DNA of 64,000 bases, from the NCBI RefSeq assembly GCF_036321535.1, contig NC_087437.1:102612001-102676000 (forward strand), read 5' to 3'. The position numbers and the translations under genes are program-made. This DNA comes from Camelus dromedarius (Eukaryota). Below, one piece after another: positions 58,719 through 64,000 of the stretch (its first letter is position 1; the number at the start of each line of letters is the position of its first letter). The notes beneath the pieces are model-generated. The model was not told where the DNA came from. It made no database searches and was given only the letters and a program-made list of their open reading frames with translations.

Positions 58719-59164
58719 TTATGGTAAAATTAAGGAAAAATAGAATTTCATATTTCTCTTGCATTCTTTTTATATGATTTATCAGACACTTCTACAGGGA
58801 TATAAATTAATTTAGGAAAGTCTCTATTCTCAAATTGCTCATAGTGAATGGTTGATATTTTCCTTAAAGTTTTAATATAAAATTTAAAAATTATATTTTC
58901 ATGTCTCTATATGTGAAATCAGAACTTGAGAGTTTCAGCTGAAGTGAGAAACAGCAAACTCTTCATTACATTAGGTATGTAAACACCAAAGTTTCAGGAA
59001 TAGATGGCAGAGTAGACAAATCTATTCTTGCATCCTTTGGGAACCCCCCCAAAAAGAAGAGTGTATAGGGATATACATTTTAAAGCATGATATTATAAGG
59101 ACATGAATGGAAAAAATTAACAAGAAACTCTTGAACTTTGAAAACAGATGAGGGTTAGTAAATG

Positions 59165-59343
59165 CAGGGCTGGCTTCCTGAGTGTACAACCAGTGTGGTC
59201 ACACAGGTCCCCCCACACAGACATGCCTTGAAGTTAGTTTAATGACTCCTGTTGCTATCTTGACATCTTTAATGATTTTTTTTAATAAAGAATTCCACAT
59301 TTTCATTTTGTACTGTGGCCTGAAAATTGTGAAACTGGACTTG
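59165..59343 (+). mobile_element. MER45A-like hAT-Tip100 MITE
   Basis: cagggctggcttcctgagtgtacaaccagtgtggtcacacagg...cacattttcattttgtactgtggcctgaaaattgtg. Confidence 0.8.
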
Positions 59344-59762
59344 AACATATGATTTGGCAAATCTAAGAAAACTGAATCATAAACCAAAAGCATGGAGAAA
59401 TGAGAACCAAAAAAGTATGCTGGATACCCTCAAGTGGCTGAAATATGAGGATCAACAGAAATAAAGGTCTGGTGGTTTGGAGAGTTCTAAAATAGCGAAA
59501 TATGCAGGAAGTCTGCTAAAGAAGCGGCCAGAACCCTGCTTTACCTCTCCCACTCAATGCAGACAGCCACTTCAGTAGAATTCCCCTTCCTAACCTAGCA
59601 AATGACTCTAGTTTTATTTTCTGGAGACTGAGGAAACTGAGGGTCTCGGGACTAAGAAAATTAGCAAGATGGTAGATAGAAGTTGAAAGTATCAAAACTG
59701 CATGAGTGAGTGTGCTGGTTTTTAATTCATTGCCTTCAGTTCTGATTCCATACTTCTTGACC

Positions 59763-60505
59763 TGTGATAATAGAGCTGAACTCTATTAATATTTACCCTT
59801 TGCAGCAGGCACAACCTTAGATTCATCAGTAGAGGGCATTGCAGGGACACTGGAAGAGAAAGGGCTTATTTTCTGGTCCTGATGTGCTTCCATCTGACTT
59901 ATTTTTTTTTTCTCTAACTGTACAACTGCCAGCAGCTCTTGTAAGGCAGACACCTGGTGGTGCTCACTGCTAATCAAGTTTCAGCAGCACCACTGTGAAT
60001 AGCTTTCCATGAAGTTTCAGCAGCACCCACTTGGGTGGATTCTGAGTCTATGGCAGTGGTCCCCAAAGATCACATTCACTGCTTCAACTCTGCATGTTAG
60101 AGGGGTGTTTCCTCTTTGCCTATCCAGGCCTCCGTTTCCTGCTCATCTGTATCCAGAAGAGATGTTATTAAATTGCCAGCCCTGGCTGTATTTCCCCTGC
60201 CCCCCAGCCTCAGCACCTACACCCCTCTTTGCCCAGCAACTATGAACTAGCTTTGGCCTAGGCCAAACCAACTTCACCATTATCCGGTAGGATTGCCGCC
60301 ATATCTTCTCCAATAAGATATGAACTTCAGCCTTGACCATGGGGTCCCTTCCAAGTTTATTCCTTTCTTTGGGACTCTCCCACTGTCAAAGGATATTCTT
60401 TAGAATTTTCTTTACCCCTTATGGTTAATAATTCTTTGTATATCACATTCCCTGTTCAAATTACTATGTGATTTCTGTCTCCTAATTAGACTTTTATGGA
60501 CACAG
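59763..60505 (+). mobile_element. ERVL LTR (LTR41/MER74-like)
   Basis: TG...CA ends; tcagtagagggcattgcagggacactg near the 5' end; ttccctgttcaaattactatgtgatttctgtctcct near the 3' end. Confidence 0.6.
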
Positions 60506-62181
60506 TTAGATGAAGTATGCAGTTAAGTATTCTATTTTCTGGGATATCCAGACACAGTTCTACATGATTCCCCAATTGCTAGGAAACATATTTTCTCTCT
60601 ACAGGTAGGAAATTGCCAGATTCTCCATGGGGATATCTAATGAGTCCAAAAGACACAAAGATCCTGATAGCTAAGTTTCCCCAACTAAATAGGTCAAACA
60701 CATCACAAGAGACAAATTACATCCAAGAGCCCAAAGTTTGAAGTCGGTTTTTCAGTTTCCCCTTTAAATACAAACAGACAATGTGGGATTAACAGACATC
60801 TGAAGGAAATCTCTAGTAGAGAATAAAACAAGGAGAAAACAATTTGAATGAAGCAGAAATTATGTAAAGAGTAGAAAAGCTTAAAAAAACTAGTATTAAT
60901 AATATCAGAGAGTTAAAAGATATTACACTGCAACCACGGAAAAAAGAAGTTACTATATAAAGGACAAAAGGACACTCTGGTAATTGAGCTATAGGAAATG
61001 AAAGCAAAGATGGCAGAATCAATAAATGTACTAGAATTAGAATATAAAATTGTAGAACTCTTCTTGAAAGAGAGCAAAGTGAGAAAAATAAGAAAAAGGA
61101 GAGATGATATGATAATCAGAGGTCTATTTCAGGAAATGTAATATCAGAAAAAGAGAATAAAGAAAACAGAGAAGGTAATATCACACACAAAAAGTCATTA
61201 AAACAAAATGACCCCAAATACAAGAACATAATTCAACATGCCTAGCACAATGTTTGGAAGTAGAACCCCAGCAAGTCACCTGAAATTACAGAACATTGTG
61301 GACAAAGAAAAAATTCAATAAAATTTGAGGGCAAAAAAATAGTCACATACAAATAAGGAAACACAATGACTTTAGACTTCTCAATGTTAACACTGTAAGT
61401 CAAAAGCAATGGGACAGTACCTTCAAAACACTGAACTACAATTATTTTCAACTTTAAATATTATTTGAAACTAAACATTCAGTCAACTGTCAGGAAAGAG
61501 TAGTACATTTTTATTTAACATTCTCAAACATTTCTTCCATTTTCCCTTTTTTAGGTGGTTCTGCCAAATGTTCTCCACTGAAACAAAGGAGCAAAAGAGG
61601 GAAGAAGCCACCTTAGGATACATAAACTAGAGATCCGATGGGAATGCCCGGGAAAATGTTAATAGGAATTTCAAAACGGCAACTGAAAGTGGCAAAGAGG
61701 GCAACCGGTTCAGACTGGATGAGCCCGAATTCCAGGAGACATCTTTAGAAAGATGAAACTGATGGAATACCTGATGGGTCTCCATGTTTTTAGAAGAGAT
61801 TTAGAAATGAATGAGCGCACTGGAAAGTATACATTGAAAACTCAGCAAGTAACCAACACCAACAACAAGTAAGCAACTACAAATTACAGGACTAATAAGA
61901 AAAATTTCAGTAAAAATTAAAAGTAATCATAGTTTAATGAACAGCTGGCTGTGCAAAGCATTTGCATTGTTTTCATAAAGTAAAACATTGATCTAACCCC
62001 AAATCACCATGTAACTAAATTGGGAGGATGAGTGCATTCAAATAGGTGATGAGGAGGGAAGTAAAGAGAGTTAATTCTTCATCTTCTATGTTGGGAAATC
62101 AATGATGTTTAAAACTGAAAAAAAATCAAAGTATAATCACATAATTTAGCCTTAAAGAAGTAAATTAAAAAATAGTGAGCT

Positions 62182-62251
62182 GTCATTCTAAGTGAAGTAA
62201 ACTAGAAAGAGAAAGAAAAATACCATATGATATCACTTATATGTGAAATCT

Positions 62252-62282
<31 letters not shown>

Positions 62283-62615
62283 GACAAATGAACTTATTTA
62301 CAAAACAGAAACAGACACACAGACATGGAAAACAAACTTATGGTTACCAGGGAGGGAAGGGGTTGGGAAGGGATAAATTGGGAGTTCAAGATTTGCAGAT
62401 ACTAATATATATAAAATAGATAAACAACAAGTTAATACTGTATAGCACAGGGAACTGTATTCAATATCTTATAACAACTTATGGTGAAAAAGAATATCAA
62501 AACAAATATATGTATGTTCCTATATGACCAAAGTATTGTGCTGTACACCAGAAATTGACACAACATTGTAAACTGACTATACTTCAATAAAAATATATTT
62601 AAAAATGAAAAAAAG
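62182..62615 (+). mobile_element. Young L1 3' end fragment (camelid/cetartiodactyl type)
   Basis: ctaagtgaagtaaactagaaagagaaagaaaaataccatatgatatcac...tatagcacagggaactgtattcaatatc...gacacaacattgtaaactgactatacttcaataaaa; it shares this 3'UTR with the 46362-47403 element. Confidence 0.9.
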
Positions 62616-64000
62616 AACTGGTAATACATTAAAAAAATGATCTAACTGAAAGAAAAACTTAGAAGAGGAAAATATAGGGAGTGGGTGGCAGAAAGCACTT
62701 TTTCATAATCTTGTAGAATTATTTTTCTTTTTAAGTTCTATGTATAAATAACTGACATTAAAGGCAGCTTAAAATATTAATATCACCATTTTAATTTTAA
62801 ATTAAATTAGGTTAAATTTGAAAAGCATTATCCAAACCACCCTTTAGTTTGTTTCACGTTTTTTTTTCATAAATTATGTAGGAACAATTTGGAGAAATGA
62901 AACATTGATCATGATGACGAGCTAATGCAAAATATCATATAAAATAATGAAAGAAAAAATACAATGTGCGGTATAGGAACACTTTTGCTATTTACTATAA
63001 ACACGTTTTCTCTACAATTCAAATACAGCGTGGCTATCATTTAGCCAGAACATTAGGTTCTTTAAGATGTTACCTGTAATGACAGAAAATCATCTCTTTA
63101 TTTATTCCTCCCTCGAACATATTCATCTTTAAGAGTGTCCCTTTTTGTAACAAACATCTTCCTTTTATTAGTAGTGAAATCTAACTTCTCAATAAAACAC
63201 ATGCTGCCTTTCCGGGGTATTCTTTTCAATAAAGATTGCATTTCTTTATTTAAGTGCTTGAGTTTGAATCAGATGTGGATTTGACTGGAACCAGAAACCA
63301 AGATTCCTTAAGAGTCAAGCTTAATATGTTTTCATGCCTACTACACATGTCAGTAAATAATAATTCTGTGAGAGATTAATGGTCATAGTGCATATACCAG
63401 CACACCGTTTATAAATGCTGAAATCACTGATCTAGAGTTTCACGTAGACATTGTCTCTAAACCTACCACTATTCACGTCTGAGAGTTTTTAAGTTGTCTG
63501 TTATGAATTAGTAGGCTCTAGTTAACAGTCTGTATTTTTACTTTTTTATTTCTTGGGGGAGACAATGACTGGAGGTGGTAATTTAAACATTATGACATAA
63601 ATTCTAAACTTGATACGATACTATTTGATGCTATATTTCATCTATCTTACTTAAAAAACAAATAACAAAAGCTCTTGCAACGTATCATTCCAAATTTTAA
63701 TTTGATTGTAAACTAAAATAAAAGTTTGGGAGTTTTTAACGAATGTAAATATTCCCCCTTCCATCTCTCAGAAAAAGAAAAAAGGCAGTTTTACTGCTTT
63801 CACTTTAGTATGTTACACTTAATCTAAAAATACACCTAACGAAAGATGCCTACAGAGAAACAAGAGGAGCAGCTGTGTCCAGTTGTTCTTTCGATAGCAG
63901 TTCTGACCTGCACGTCTCTTTTGTCTCCTGCACAGAGATCTTTTTTGTATCCCTTTCCTGACGGCCAGTGCCTACTTTCAAATTCAAAGTCAGGCAGGTG

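Larger units (their letters stand above)
58990..62750 (+). mobile_element. Ancient HAL1/L1M-type element (5'UTR and ORF1-like remnant) interrupted by later insertions
   Basis: A-rich degenerate ORF1-like sequence at 60800-61500. The motif gaaactgatggaatacctgatgggtctcc...agaagagatttag resembles the recalled HAL1 consensus. Boundaries are approximate. Confidence 0.6.

Noticed and set aside
58567..58777. Lys/Glu-rich and Phe/Ser-rich ORFs
   Set aside because: Translation artefacts of a purine-rich simple repeat.
63066..63095. Minus-strand ttttctgtcattacag|gtaaca as a recursive splice site
   Set aside because: The donor is weak (GTAACA), the motif is expected by chance in 64 kb, and there is no other support.

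Overview
This is AT-rich, CpG-depleted mammalian (eutherian) genomic DNA, not prokaryotic. It is probably from a camelid or other cetartiodactyl: this is inferred from the form of the young L1 3' ends and from seeing no Alu, B1, BovB/Bov-tA, PRE-1 or CAN SINEs. The window is mostly intergenic or intronic and rich in repeats (L1, HAL1, L2, MIR, MaLR/ERVL/ERV1 LTRs, hAT MITEs). The one confidently identified gene-derived feature is a decayed, intronless RPS6KB1 (p70/p85 S6 kinase) processed pseudogene at about 17.57-19.39 kb. It has lost about 90 codons of the kinase core and ends on a short LTR-like fragment. On the minus strand there is a candidate 3' end of a spliced gene that I cannot name: a 26-nt CpG-rich micro-exon (48332-48357) and a candidate terminal exon starting at 40301. 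Almost all ORF-track ORFs look spurious or repeat-derived. I found no CRISPR, rRNA, tRNA or clearly novel system. Repeat family names come from recalled consensus sequences and need RepeatMasker/Dfam confirmation.
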